Positions 19,644-29,184 are shown, numbered from the stretch's first letter. The stretch is 64,000 nt of DNA from an uncultured Candidatus Saccharibacteria bacterium (GCA_964449245.1 CAYUXY010000001.1:66838-130837); one strand, 5' to 3'. The notes: a model not told the origin generated them from the letters alone. Translations and numbers: made by a program.

Positions 19644-19973
19644 TTATTCAAGAACTCCTTCAATAATGCCAACGATGCCCCATCCGATAAAAATTATACC
19701 ATAGCCCAAAGCGGCGTACAAAATGGTATTTTTGCCCGTCGTAAATTTTTTTGGGTCGCCTTGAGCGGTCATTATCTGAAATGCTCCGATTATAATCATT
19801 ATGGTTGCTATCGGCGCGCCGGCAGCTATGAGCCAGCTTATAATAGTCTGAATAAGCTCGAAAACATCGCCGGAGTTCAACGGATTTTGGAGTTCTATTG
19901 CTGCGCCTCTTGCGACAAACGGAACAGCCGTTAATGTGACACAAAGCGCCGTAACGCGTTTAAAAAATTTCAT
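19644..19973 (-). CDS. VirB2/TrbC-like pilin
   Basis: Signal peptide, LQNPL motif, TM-TAQGDPKKFTTGK-TM. Confidence 0.82.
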   Translation of the reverse strand: MKFFKRVTALCVTLTAVPFVARGAAIELQNPLNSGDVFELIQTIISWLIAAGAPIATIMIIIGAFQIMTAQGDPKKFTTGKNTILYAALGYGIIFIGWGIVGIIEGVLE

Positions 19974-20009
19974 ATAAATATTATACCAATTTTTACTTGA
20001 TAATGAATA

Positions 20010-20492
20010 TTATTCGCACTCTATCCTATTCCATATCCGCAAATCCCTCGTTTCGCCAGTTGTCGTACGGAAGCTCGAATTCGCGATAAGTTTAACGATC
20101 GTATTTATCATGAGCCATGATGCAAGTCCGATAGCGAGGCCGACCGCGGCGTTTGTCATAAAAGCGCGGGCGGTTTTCAGTCTCGATTCGGATCCGCCGG
20201 AAGTCATCATAATTATTGCCCCTATGATTATAAATATTACCGCAACTGGGATTGCGACTTGAAAAAGAATGGCAATCGCGTTTTGAACCACTATAAGCGC
20301 GTGGCAAAATGTGCAGGCTCCCGAAACGTTGCACGTAGACGTTGAAGAATAAAGCAGAGTTCCGCTTGTAAATGAGTTCGTCGTTTCCGTGCCTTCCCAG
20401 AGATTGAAAGAAAGCGCACTTGTCGTAAATGGCAATGCAAAAAATATAAAAGCTACGACAATCAAAGCCGTTTTCTTAAAAAATTTGTTCAT
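20010..20492 (-). CDS. VirB2/TrbC-like pilin with Cys-containing N-terminal extension
   Basis: CNVSGACTFCH followed by TM-TSGGSESRLKTAR-TM; C-terminal Cys. Confidence 0.78.
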   Translation of the reverse strand: MNKFFKKTALIVVAFIFFALPFTTSALSFNLWEGTETTNSFTSGTLLYSSTSTCNVSGACTFCHALIVVQNAIAILFQVAIPVAVIFIIIGAIIMMTSGGSESRLKTARAFMTNAAVGLAIGLASWLMINTIVKLIANSSFRTTTGETRDLRIWNRIECE

Positions 20493-21804
20493 CGAATATT
20501 TTATTTATGTTGTCTTCGGCTTGTTTTATGGCAACGCGTATATCCGCGCCACGCAAGGTTATCGCGTCTATCATATCCGAAAATGATTTTGATATGGCTT
20601 CTCTGTCCGGTTGAGCCCATGATCTTGCGATTAACGCCTGACGCGCTTCAGCGCTGAAGTCGGGCGAGTTGCCGACCTTCCCGATTAATGAACGCAACGC
20701 GGGAGAATTACCCGTTTTTGTCATATACGATTCCGCGGTATTTTTTTGTGTCGTCATGGAAACGATTAAATTCCACGCAACCAATGGTAATTTGCTTTGT
20801 CTTGATACCGTATATCCGTAATAACGGGCATACGCCGCGCGACAGTCATATTCGTTCTGGCAAGTCGCTTCCGCCGGATATGGAATAGGAGCTATGCCGA
20901 CATTCAGCCATTGATTTTTGGCATGAATATTTTGAATCGTTTGTTTGTAATCGAAAATCATCGCAACTGAACCGTTGGCAAACGCATCGAGCGAGTTTGG
21001 CATAGAGCTATTCCACGTATAAGCGTCGTTTCGTGGGTTGGAAAATCCGGAATAAAAACGTACCGCCTCCTCGCCTTCAGAAGACGCAAAAGTCGCTTCG
21101 CTGTTTTTATCGTCCGTCATTTGAGTGCCGGATTGCATCATAAGGAGCTCAACTAAATTGCTCGCATTATTTATGTTGCTTCCCGATCCTCCGATTGCCG
21201 CTCCTGCGCGTATAAGCCTATCTGATGAATCGGTTTTTACGAGACGAGGAATAATTAATTTGAATTCTTCCCATGTTACCGGCACCTCCGCAATGCCCTC
21301 GGCATCAAATATGTCTTTGTTGTAGAGCATTACGAGAGTGTTTATAGAAAGGGGCAGGCCGAATATGTAACCGTCATTTACAAAATCTTTTTCAACGATG
21401 CGCGGGAAAAGATTTTGAATTTGCACAAGAGACAGGGTGTTTGTTGAAAGCGGATATATTTTATTTTTGTCCTTGATGACGCTCGCATTGTCTATCATAA
21501 AAATGTCCGGTCCTTGATTGGTCGCGAGCGCTTCCAAAAGAGCTTTTTTGTAAGTTGCTTCGTTCGTGAAACTTCGGAAATTAACTTTTACATTCGGATA
21601 TGATGCGCGGAAACTCGCAATTGCCGTGGCATAATCTTCTTCTGTATCGTATAAAACCCAAACGGACATATCCCCCTGAACGGCAGGAGCGCCGGTATTA
21701 TTTTTTTTGAGTCCGGGAATAACGCCTGTAAAAATTAAAACAATCAACAGAACGATTATCCCTATTATGGAGAAGACAATAGTTTTTGGATTGAGGCTGT
21801 TCAT
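20476..21804 (-). CDS. Membrane-anchored extracellular solute-binding protein (sugar-type SBP family 1)
   Basis: N-terminal TM anchor, GPDIF, GLPLSINTLVMLYNKDIF...PVTWEEF, FANGSVAM motifs; overlaps the pilin gene by 17 nt. Confidence 0.85.
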   Translation of the reverse strand: MNSLNPKTIVFSIIGIIVLLIVLIFTGVIPGLKKNNTGAPAVQGDMSVWVLYDTEEDYATAIASFRASYPNVKVNFRSFTNEATYKKALLEALATNQGPDIFMIDNASVIKDKNKIYPLSTNTLSLVQIQNLFPRIVEKDFVNDGYIFGLPLSINTLVMLYNKDIFDAEGIAEVPVTWEEFKLIIPRLVKTDSSDRLIRAGAAIGGSGSNINNASNLVELLMMQSGTQMTDDKNSEATFASSEGEEAVRFYSGFSNPRNDAYTWNSSMPNSLDAFANGSVAMIFDYKQTIQNIHAKNQWLNVGIAPIPYPAEATCQNEYDCRAAYARYYGYTVSRQSKLPLVAWNLIVSMTTQKNTAESYMTKTGNSPALRSLIGKVGNSPDFSAEARQALIARSWAQPDREAISKSFSDMIDAITLRGADIRVAIKQAEDNINKIFDEQIF

Positions 21805-21822
21805 TATATATGTAGTGTACCA

Positions 21823-24294
21823 CTACAAGCACACAACTCCCATCAGCTTATCCCCGTCATCGAGATTCATAATTCGCACTCCCTGCGTCGCTCGCCCTGA
21901 AGTTCTGACGTCGCTTATTTTTGTGCGCAACGCCTGACCCTTTTTTGAGAAGGCAAGAATTTCTTCCGCATCAAGCACTACGTAGGTAGATATAACTACG
22001 CCAGTCTTATCGGTAATCTTTGCGGTCTTGATTCCAGAGCCTCCCCTTTTCTGTGTTTTGTATTCGGCAATGGGAGTTTGTTTTGCAAACCCCTTGTCCA
22101 TCACGGCGAGCAATCTCGTATCTTTCATAGCCGTACCTCCTTTTATTATATCAAGTCCGGCGACGGAATCTCCCTTTTTAAGCGCTATTCCCTTTACTCC
22201 GGCGGCGGACCTTCCCATAGGTCTTATGTCTTTTTCTTTAAACCTTATAGCCTGTCCGTTGGACGTGGAAAGGACTATCTCGTCATTGCCGGATGATATT
22301 TGCACCCAGCGAAGCAAATCGTTTTTGAGTTTTAACGCAATAATTCCGGTTCTTCGAACGTTTGCGAAATCCTTGAGGGCTGTTTTTTTGATGATGCCGT
22401 TCTTTGTTGCCATTACTAAATATTGTTTTATGTCCTCCGAGTCAGGGTACGCGATTATTGCGCTCACATTTTCATCTTGCGGAATTTCGAGATAGTTATG
22501 AATTAATTTTCCTTTTGATGTGCGCGAAGCCGCCGGAATTTCGTACACTTTTGTTTGAAACACTTTGCCTTTGTCGGTAAAGAACAAAATATTATCGTGC
22601 GTACTCGAGGAAATGATCTGGTCTATAAAATCCTCTTCTTTCAGGTCGAACCCTATTAACCCTTTTCCTCCGCGTCTTTGCGCGCGAAAATCGGTTGGCG
22701 GCAATCTCTTTATGTATCCGCCGAGAGTAAATGTGATAACCGCTTCTTCGTTAGGAATCAGATCTTCCTCTCTGAATTCTTTTAAGCTCGCCGCCACAAC
22801 TTTTGTGCGTCTTCCTTCCGGAAAATTCTTTTTTAATGTTTCGAGCTCGTCGTTTATGATATCAACCATTCTCTTTGGATTTTTGAGGATGAGTGTGAGC
22901 TCTTTTATTAATTTCCTTTTTTCTTCGAGCTCGTCTTCGAGTTTTTGTCTTTCGAGCGCGGCGAGGGTTTGAAGTTTCATTTCCAAAATAGCCTGCGCTT
23001 GTATGGGAGTAAGTTTGAAATTTTTAATGAGGTTTACGGCTGCGGCGTCCTTATCTTTTGATTTTTTGATTGTCGCGATAATTTTATCAATCACATCAAG
23101 CGCTTTGACGAGCCCTTCGAGTATGTGTGCACGCTCCTCGGCTTTTTTGAGATCGAATTCGGTGCGTCTGCGCACGATTGTTTTCCTGTGGGCTATATAT
23201 ATGAGAAGTATTTCTCGTAGCGAAAGTATTTGCGGTTGGATACCGTCGACCAACGCAAGCATGTTGAAATAAAAGTTTTTCTGAAGCTCCGTATACTGAT
23301 ACAGCTGATTTAAAATCTTTTGAGGGGATGCATCGTTTTTAAGTTCGACAACAATGCGCAAACCTTCCCTGTCTGATTCATCGCGCAAGTCTTTTATGCC
23401 CTCTATTCTTTTTTCTTGGACAAGCTCGGCGATTTTTTCAAGTAGGGTGGATTTGTTAACTTGATACGGAATCTCGGTGATGATGATATGAAAGCTCCCG
23501 CTTTTCTTTTCTTCTATTTGGGCCACAGCGCGCATAGTTACAGCACCCTTGCCCGTTGAATAAGCGTCCTCAACAGCTTTTTTGTCGTAAATGATTCCTC
23601 CTGTTGGAAAATCAGGACCCGGAATAAATTTCATCAAATCTTTTGTTCCGGCATCGGGGAATGAATTCAAATGGATTATCGCATCAGCGAGTTCGCATAA
23701 ATTGTGCGGAGGAATGTTTGTCGCCATTCCTACGGCTATACCTACTGTTCCGTTTAATAGGAGGTTCGGCAATTTTGCCGGCAGGAATTTTGGCTCCGTA
23801 CGCGAATTGTCATAGTTGGGATCCCAGTCAACGGTTTCTTTTTCTATGTCTATGATGAGCTCCTCGGAAATTTTAGAAAGTCTGGCTTCCGTATAACGCA
23901 TGGCGGCTGGCGCATCTCCGTCAATGGAGCCCCAGTTTCCTTGCCCTTGTACTAATGGATAACGGAGAGAAAAGTCTTGTGCCATGCGCGCAATGGAATC
24001 GTAAATCGCGGAATCTCCGTGAGGATGGTAGTGAGCCATAACTCCTCCGACAACGTTTGCGGACTTTCTAAATTTCGTAGTGTGCTTTAATCCCGCTTCC
24101 CACATACTCCAGAGGATTCGTCTTTGTACGGGTTTCAGTCCGTCTCTTGCATCGGGAAGCGCGCGCGCAACAATAACAGACATCGCATAATTTAAATACG
24201 AGTCTTTTAGCTCTTGCGTAATTTCTTGTGGTCTTATTTTTCCTCCTACTGGAGTTGGCTCTTCTTCAATTTTTTTATCAGTTTCTTTTTTCAT
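21823..24294 (-). CDS. gyrA: DNA gyrase subunit A
   Basis: [21 protein letters not shown], catalytic AAMRYTE, GyrA-box QRRGGKG. Confidence 0.98.
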   Translation of the reverse strand: MKKETDKKIEEEPTPVGGKIRPQEITQELKDSYLNYAMSVIVARALPDARDGLKPVQRRILWSMWEAGLKHTTKFRKSANVVGGVMAHYHPHGDSAIYDSIARMAQDFSLRYPLVQGQGNWGSIDGDAPAAMRYTEARLSKISEELIIDIEKETVDWDPNYDNSRTEPKFLPAKLPNLLLNGTVGIAVGMATNIPPHNLCELADAIIHLNSFPDAGTKDLMKFIPGPDFPTGGIIYDKKAVEDAYSTGKGAVTMRAVAQIEEKKSGSFHIIITEIPYQVNKSTLLEKIAELVQEKRIEGIKDLRDESDREGLRIVVELKNDASPQKILNQLYQYTELQKNFYFNMLALVDGIQPQILSLREILLIYIAHRKTIVRRRTEFDLKKAEERAHILEGLVKALDVIDKIIATIKKSKDKDAAAVNLIKNFKLTPIQAQAILEMKLQTLAALERQKLEDELEEKRKLIKELTLILKNPKRMVDIINDELETLKKNFPEGRRTKVVAASLKEFREEDLIPNEEAVITFTLGGYIKRLPPTDFRAQRRGGKGLIGFDLKEEDFIDQIISSSTHDNILFFTDKGKVFQTKVYEIPAASRTSKGKLIHNYLEIPQDENVSAIIAYPDSEDIKQYLVMATKNGIIKKTALKDFANVRRTGIIALKLKNDLLRWVQISSGNDEIVLSTSNGQAIRFKEKDIRPMGRSAAGVKGIALKKGDSVAGLDIIKGGTAMKDTRLLAVMDKGFAKQTPIAEYKTQKRGGSGIKTAKITDKTGVVISTYVVLDAEEILAFSKKGQALRTKISDVRTSGRATQGVRIMNLDDGDKLMGVVCL

Positions 24295-24309
24295 ATCGGT
24301 GGTCCTGTC

Positions 24310-24702
24310 TTATGGTAGCGGAGTCGGGGGTATGTTTTCAAGGCTTTGAGTCGAAAACTCAGGAGACTCGCCTTCTATATTAATGACATTTGGTTCCGTA
24401 ATTTGTTCTTTTATCACTCCTATATTTTGATCAATGCTTTTTTTCAGCACCTCGTATCGCTTGCCGAGGTCGTTCGAAAGATTGTCTATTCCACGTTTGA
24501 ACGTTTCACTAAATGAGTTTTCGTCTTTTTGTTTATTAGAGGAAAAAAATAGAGGTTCGGCGGTTATATTATTGATATAAATTATCCAAAGTCCGATTAC
24601 TAACGCCATTATGACTATCGTACTCCCTATAAACCATCTTCGCTTTGTACTCTCGTCCGACCTGCGAAGTTTATTTAAATATTGTTTAAATTGCAGACTC
24701 AT
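24310..24702 (-). CDS. Hypothetical single-pass membrane protein
   Basis: 130 aa with one TM helix; TACAAT 5 nt before the ATG. Confidence 0.7.
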   Translation of the reverse strand: MSLQFKQYLNKLRRSDESTKRRWFIGSTIVIMALVIGLWIIYINNITAEPLFFSSNKQKDENSFSETFKRGIDNLSNDLGKRYEVLKKSIDQNIGVIKEQITEPNVINIEGESPEFSTQSLENIPPTPLP

Positions 24703-24729
24703 ATTAGATTGTAACGCTAAACCAAAAAA

Positions 24730-25311
24730 TTATTTTTTTTCTTCGAGACACCTTATCTGCATGGCATTCTGAACAATATCCTTTTTCTTGAACACAAGTT
24801 TTTCTTCTTTGGCGCAGTCGGCATTGTTAAATTCTTTTAAGAATAGCGACAAATTTTTTGAAGAAGACGGAACTACCATCCCCGGTTCAATTTGCCGGAC
24901 GAGTCTCGCGATGTTTTCCGGCGAAACAAGAGGCTTTCCGCCAGCCGGAACTATTGCCACGTCAACTTCTTCGAAGTATTCAATGAAATCTTTGGAAAAT
25001 TCTTCCGGCAAATCTCCAAAAACGGCAAATTTAATTTCGTCAAAATCTATGAGATAAACTGTTTTTTCGACGCCATCAACGTTTCCTACGCTCCATCCGC
25101 GAATATGTATATCTTTTATTTCAAATTCTCCTTGATGGTCTATCCAAAAGCACTCGCTATCGTTTGAGGCCTTTTCTGTTGAGGATGGCCTCGATGTGTT
25201 TATTGCCGCAATCGCGCCTTTGAAAGAGCGCTGGTTTGTCGGGTCGATTAAGAGAGTCGCATCGCCAGATTGTAATTTAAAATAATTTTCGCCGTAAAAT
25301 GTAATTATCAT
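24730..25311 (-). CDS. MBL-fold metallo-hydrolase-like protein (degenerate metal motifs)
   Basis: MIITFYGENYFKL...LLIDP, GEFEIKDI, FGDL, VPAGG pattern of Lactamase_B_3-like proteins; HxHxDH not retained. Confidence 0.7.
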   Translation of the reverse strand: MIITFYGENYFKLQSGDATLLIDPTNQRSFKGAIAAINTSRPSSTEKASNDSECFWIDHQGEFEIKDIHIRGWSVGNVDGVEKTVYLIDFDEIKFAVFGDLPEEFSKDFIEYFEEVDVAIVPAGGKPLVSPENIARLVRQIEPGMVVPSSSKNLSLFLKEFNNADCAKEEKLVFKKKDIVQNAMQIRCLEEKK

Positions 25312-25475
25312 ATATGTGTGAGTATATGCGATTTTCGCCTTTTTTTCAATTTATTAAGCGTTTTCAGAAGAATGCAATGTATGCCGGTTGTAGAGGAAGA
25401 TAACAGGGAAATGTGGAATACGGCACAGAAGAGTTTATTCGGGCATTTGATCGTTCAGTAATTTATTCGAAATTC

Positions 25476-25675
25476 CCGCCCGAACGACTGATTCGTTCAG
25501 TCGGGCAGGCGAAACAGGACGAGGTCAAAACCCCGATGCTTTGATCGGGGCTCGCGACCCCCAAAGGGGCGTCGGAGTTAGATAAATCGAAATTTGCGTT
25601 ACTTTCTACTTTTATCTTTCGTCTTTTAACTTATTCCCTACATACTATATACAATATTCTATATACCTTTTGCTT
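25476..25675. repeat. Composite intergenic repeat element, copy B
   Basis: REP-like hairpin at 25476-25510; 59-bp core at 25527-25585 (1 mismatch to copy A); CTTTNNN and TATATNC heptamer arrays. Confidence 0.8.
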
Positions 25676-25718
25676 TTCGCTACTGTTAATGGTTGTTTTT
25701 TTGTTAATTTACGCAGGG

Positions 25719-25747
25719 TTGACACAATCAGCCATTTTCCATATCTT
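25719..25747 (+). promoter_or_regulatory. Putative promoter of rpsA
   Basis: TTGACA-17 nt-TATCTT; the leader contains a CCGTCTC/GAGACGG hairpin (25765-25787). Confidence 0.5.
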
Positions 25748-25808
25748 TAGTATTGTCTTCTCTGCCGTCTCGGTTTTTATGAGACGGACCGAAAGTAGGC
25801 TTATATAT

Positions 25809-26906
25809 ATGGAAACAACTCAAATACAAAATAAAGAGGAAGAGCAAAATCTCGCATCGCTTATAAAAACAGAAATTAGCTCGCTCGCGCTTATGCGTGT
25901 TGGTGATTTAGTTGAAGGAACTGTGCTCGAAAAAGGAAGCAGGATGATAACGGTAGACTTGGGAGCTAATGGTACCGGAGTCATATATCGCACGGAGATA
26001 CAAAATGCTCGGGAAATTGTACGTGGATTATTGCCCGGCTCTAAGGTAAATGGAAAAATTATAGACGTAGATAATGACGAGGGGCTTATAGAGCTCTCGC
26101 TCTCTCACGCCGATAAGCAGAAATCGTGGGAAATTGTTCAGGAATTGAAGGAGCAGGAAGAGATTATAAAAATAAAGCCATCCGGATTTAATAAAGGCGG
26201 ATTGGTTGCCGATTTACACGGACTCTCGGCATTTTTGCCGATTTCTCAAGTTCTTCAGGGTTTTGAAGGGAAAGATGATGTAAACAACAAAGAAGAAATT
26301 CCGGGTATTCTTGAAAAGTTAGTTGGCGTGGAAATTGATGTGAGAATTATAGATGCAAATCCACGGACTACGAAATTAATAGTATCTGAAAGAGCGGCCA
26401 AAGCGGAAAGTATGAAAGAAATTGTTCAGAAATATTCCGTTGGGCAGACAATAGAGGGTGTTGTGTCCGGCATTGCCGATTTTGGAGTGTTCGTTAAATT
26501 TACCGACAATCCGGCAGTTGAGGGTTTAATACACATTTCCGAGCTCGGATATAAGGTAGTTGAAAATCCAAAGGATATCGTGAAATTAGACGATGTCATA
26601 AAAGTAAAGATTACCGAAATTAAAGATGGGAAAATTTCTCTTTCTCTTAAGGCGCTAAAGCCGGATCCATGGGCGCGTGTTAATGAAATATACAAAGAAG
26701 GTCAAGGCGTCAAAGGCACTGTTCATAGCTTTCATCCTTTCGGCGCGATTATAAATCTTGACGCCGATATTCAAGGGCAGGTTCACGTTGCCTCTTTCGG
26801 CGGAGTTGACGAGATGAAAAAGGCGCTGACTCAAGGAGAGGAATATTCGTTTGAAATAGAATCATTGAACGCAGACGAAAGAAAGATTCTTTTGAAATTA
26901 AAATAA
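25809..26906 (+). CDS. rpsA: 30S ribosomal protein S1 (short, about 4 S1 domains)
   Basis: Repeated S1 domains (VGDLVEGTV, NKGGL...AFLPISQ, DFGVFV...EGLIHISEL, PFGAII); ATG at 25809. Confidence 0.9.
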   Translation: METTQIQNKEEEQNLASLIKTEISSLALMRVGDLVEGTVLEKGSRMITVDLGANGTGVIYRTEIQNAREIVRGLLPGSKVNGKIIDVDNDEGLIELSLSHADKQKSWEIVQELKEQEEIIKIKPSGFNKGGLVADLHGLSAFLPISQVLQGFEGKDDVNNKEEIPGILEKLVGVEIDVRIIDANPRTTKLIVSERAAKAESMKEIVQKYSVGQTIEGVVSGIADFGVFVKFTDNPAVEGLIHISELGYKVVENPKDIVKLDDVIKVKITEIKDGKISLSLKALKPDPWARVNEIYKEGQGVKGTVHSFHPFGAIINLDADIQGQVHVASFGGVDEMKKALTQGEEYSFEIESLNADERKILLKLK

Positions 26907-26921
26907 TCTTGAATTACATAC

Positions 26922-26951
26922 CAAAACGCCCGAATTTCTTCGGGCGTTTTG
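26922..26951. terminator. Bidirectional intrinsic terminator
   Basis: CAAAACGCCCGAA-tttc-TTCGGGCGTTTTG between convergent genes. Confidence 0.8.
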
Positions 26952-26964
26952 ATTTTATTATTAG

Positions 26965-27057
26965 TTAATCGTCTTCTTTGTTGTTGCCGTAGACGCAGAA
27001 AGCTATGGCAACTAATACGACAACAATCACGATGATAATCACCACGAATGTTCCCAT
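26965..27057 (-). CDS. Small (30 aa) single-TM protein
   Basis: MGTFVVIIIVIVVVLVAIAFCVYGNNKEDD; extended -10 TGATATAAT ends 6 nt before the ATG; terminator follows. Confidence 0.6.
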   Translation of the reverse strand: MGTFVVIIIVIVVVLVAIAFCVYGNNKEDD

Positions 27058-27094
27058 ATCTATATTATATCACAATAAAGGCGGTATGGTAATG

Positions 27095-27281
27095 GTAGTT
27101 TTTAGTAGATAGTTGTTAGGGCAAAAAGTATATAGGAAAAATAATTTCTAATTATCTAATTTCGATTTAATGAATCAATGATTGAATGGATGAAGTATAA
27201 AGTCGAAAGACGAAAGTTTAAAGTAAAAATACAAGTATTTTTCTCTATTTCTTTATTCTTTCAGCTTTTTACTTTTGTCTT
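27095..27281. repeat. Composite intergenic repeat element, copy C (inverted relative to A/B)
   Basis: Reverse complement of TTAGATAATTAGAAATTATTT and TATATACT blocks; AAAGTNN heptamer array (27193-27229) facing a CTTTNNN array (27249-27281); TAGTTGTTAG heptamers. Confidence 0.7.
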
Positions 27282-27698
27282 TTATTTAATCGCTTCTTTA
27301 ATCTGTTTCAGATGATGCTCATAGTGTCCCTCGTGGCCATCTTTACTTTCATCGAATACCCACTCCATATCCGGTCGCGCCCGTAATATGTCCTCCCCTA
27401 TATTTTTTATTAACATTTCTAACTCATTTTGTAGCTTTTCCCATTCGGCGAGCAGTTGTTCTGGTGAATACTCGCTGTAAAAAAGAACGGCGCCGTCATT
27501 AAACTCCGTATAGTCGGCGTCTTTTTTCATAAACCACGGATTGTCCGTGCCGTTTTCTTTAAATTCCCGAAGTGTTTTTACGCTTTCCTTTTCCCAACCA
27601 ACCATATGAGCGACCACATCTTTCACCGTCCACTTTGATGTGGCTCGTACACCCCACATCTCCGGTTCAATTTTTCTCAAAAATTCAATAAAATCCAT
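27282..27698 (-). CDS. DinB/ClbS/DfsB-like four-helix-bundle protein
   Basis: WTVKDVVAHMVGWE and HYEHH motifs. True start at 27698 (TGGTATAAT 6 nt upstream); the longer ORF overlaps tRNA-His. Confidence 0.75.
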   Translation of the reverse strand: MDFIEFLRKIEPEMWGVRATSKWTVKDVVAHMVGWEKESVKTLREFKENGTDNPWFMKKDADYTEFNDGAVLFYSEYSPEQLLAEWEKLQNELEMLIKNIGEDILRARPDMEWVFDESKDGHEGHYEHHLKQIKEAIK

Positions 27699-27767
27699 AA
27701 TTAAATTATACCAAAAAATACAAGAAGTGCTTTTGTATACACATCTCGTCCCTCGACGCGCTCGGGA

Positions 27768-27805
27768 CAAAACACAAAAAGCCCAAAAGGGCTCTTTGTG
27801 TTTTG
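27768..27805 (-). terminator. Hairpin downstream of tRNA-His
   Basis: CAAAACACAAA-AAGCCC-aaaa-GGGCTC-TTTGTGTTTTG. Confidence 0.55.
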
Positions 27806-27877
27806 GGTGCCTAACGGGAGTCGGACCCGTATCAAGGGCTCCACAGGCCCTTGTGTTACCGTTACACCATAGGCACC
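27806..27877 (-). tRNA. tRNA-His(GTG)
   Basis: G-1 plus GTGCCTA/TAGGCAC-C73, anticodon arm AGGGC-CTGTGGA-GCCCT, T-loop TCCGACT. Confidence 0.93.
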
Positions 27878-27920
27878 ATACTGTGCTAAAAACTACATTG
27901 AGAGGATACAATTATTTTTC

Positions 27921-28340
27921 TTATTCTTCAACTTTTGACACGCCATTATTTCTCCTCGATTGTTTTTTCTGATATCGCATTCGTTTATGGCGCAATCTTT
28001 CCTCATCCGACCCTCGGCTTGGCTCTGTCGGAATTCGAGGCGGATTTTTCTTTAATGCTTCCGCAATTAACTCGTTTATCTTTTGAATCGCATTTTCTTT
28101 GTTGTATATCTGATTACGTTCTTCTTCGTTTTCAACTACGAGTTCATCTTCTTGATTGATGCGATTCGCGAGTTTTTCTCGAATTAATTTTTTATCTTTT
28201 TCCGCATAGGGAAGAGATCCGATTTTAACCCACGCTTGGATTTTTGTTGATCGCCTATTTACGCGCTGTCCTCCGGGGCCGCCTGCGCGAGATGCCTTAA
28301 AGGTAATATATTCTTCCCCAATTTGTATTATTTTCGTCAC
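27921..28340 (-). CDS. arfB: Alternative ribosome rescue peptidyl-tRNA hydrolase ArfB (YaeJ)
   Basis: RAGGPGGQRVN (GGQ motif), ERNQIYNK, basic C-terminal tail. Confidence 0.9.
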   Translation of the reverse strand: MTKIIQIGEEYITFKASRAGGPGGQRVNRRSTKIQAWVKIGSLPYAEKDKKLIREKLANRINQEDELVVENEEERNQIYNKENAIQKINELIAEALKKNPPRIPTEPSRGSDEERLRHKRMRYQKKQSRRNNGVSKVEE

Positions 28341-28370
28341 AATATATAAATTTTACGGTATAATAAGAAA

Positions 28371-29057
28371 ATGGACAATGAATTATTGCGAACAATAGGA
28401 AGCTGGATAATAGAACACCAAGCATGGACCGACGTTATACTTGCCGGAGGCATAATTTTACAAGGTAGCATTACGATTCTCGTAGCAGTTTATCTCGCCA
28501 TTAATGACAACATAGAATGGACGAGGTTTTTTGTGGTTACACTCGGGGCTCTTATTATAGAAGATTTTACCGTATATGCCGTTGGTAAAATGTTTCGCAT
28601 GGGACGGAGCGGATGGAAATTTCATAGAAAAAACAAATCCAATAAAAAAATACAAATGTACCTCTTCTATTTGAAGAAAAATATGGGTAAGCTCGCTATT
28701 GTTTCGCGTTTTATACCGTGGGCTACGATGACCGTCATGTTTTTAATCGGATGGTCAAAGACAAAGCTGAATACTTTTGCAAAAGTATACTTCCCATCCC
28801 TATTTATATGGTTTGGAAGTATGACAATCGTTGCGTATTTGCTTATGTCGGGTTTGCACTATTTGCATTCTACGCATGCGTTCCGGAATGCGGAAATAAG
28901 TATAGCCGTAGTTGTTGTAATTTTCTTATTCGGCGGGCAGATTATAAGGAAGCTCTTTGGAAAGTATGCGGCTTTTGATAAAAAGGCTACCGAAATTGGC
29001 GAAGTTGTAGAGGAGTTAAGCTTAGAAGATAAAAAAGACGCAGAGCAAAAAATATGA
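28371..29057 (+). CDS. DedA/VTT family membrane protein
   Basis: Hydrophobic; D..VYAVGK and SRFIP motifs of the DedA family. Confidence 0.7.
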   Translation: MDNELLRTIGSWIIEHQAWTDVILAGGIILQGSITILVAVYLAINDNIEWTRFFVVTLGALIIEDFTVYAVGKMFRMGRSGWKFHRKNKSNKKIQMYLFYLKKNMGKLAIVSRFIPWATMTVMFLIGWSKTKLNTFAKVYFPSLFIWFGSMTIVAYLLMSGLHYLHSTHAFRNAEISIAVVVVIFLFGGQIIRKLFGKYAAFDKKATEIGEVVEELSLEDKKDAEQKI

Positions 29058-29112
29058 AGCCTTTGCATTCCGAGCTTTTTTTGGTAGGATAATTGCGTTA
29101 TTTATTTGACGC

Positions 29113-29184
29113 GCCTGGATAGCTCAGTGGTAGAGCGAAGGTCTGAAGAACCTTGCGTCGGGGGTCCAATTCCCTCTCCAGGCA
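29113..29184 (+). tRNA. tRNA-Phe(GAA)
   Basis: GCCTGGA/TCCAGGC acceptor stem, anticodon arm AAGGT-CTGAAGA-ACCTT, T-loop TCCAATT. Confidence 0.95.

Noticed and set aside
17877-21804. Prophage or ICE integrated at tRNA-Leu
   Set aside because: No att duplication, phage genes or relaxase found; the flanks are core genes (rpsO, pnp, gyrA).
25372-25461. 29-codon ORF containing QKSLF
   Set aside because: No -10 box or leader motif at the expected distance and no protein-like features; probably chance.
27699-27911. N-terminal extension of the 209-aa ORF
   Set aside because: It overlaps tRNA-His and its terminator; the real start is at 27698 with an adjacent -10 box.
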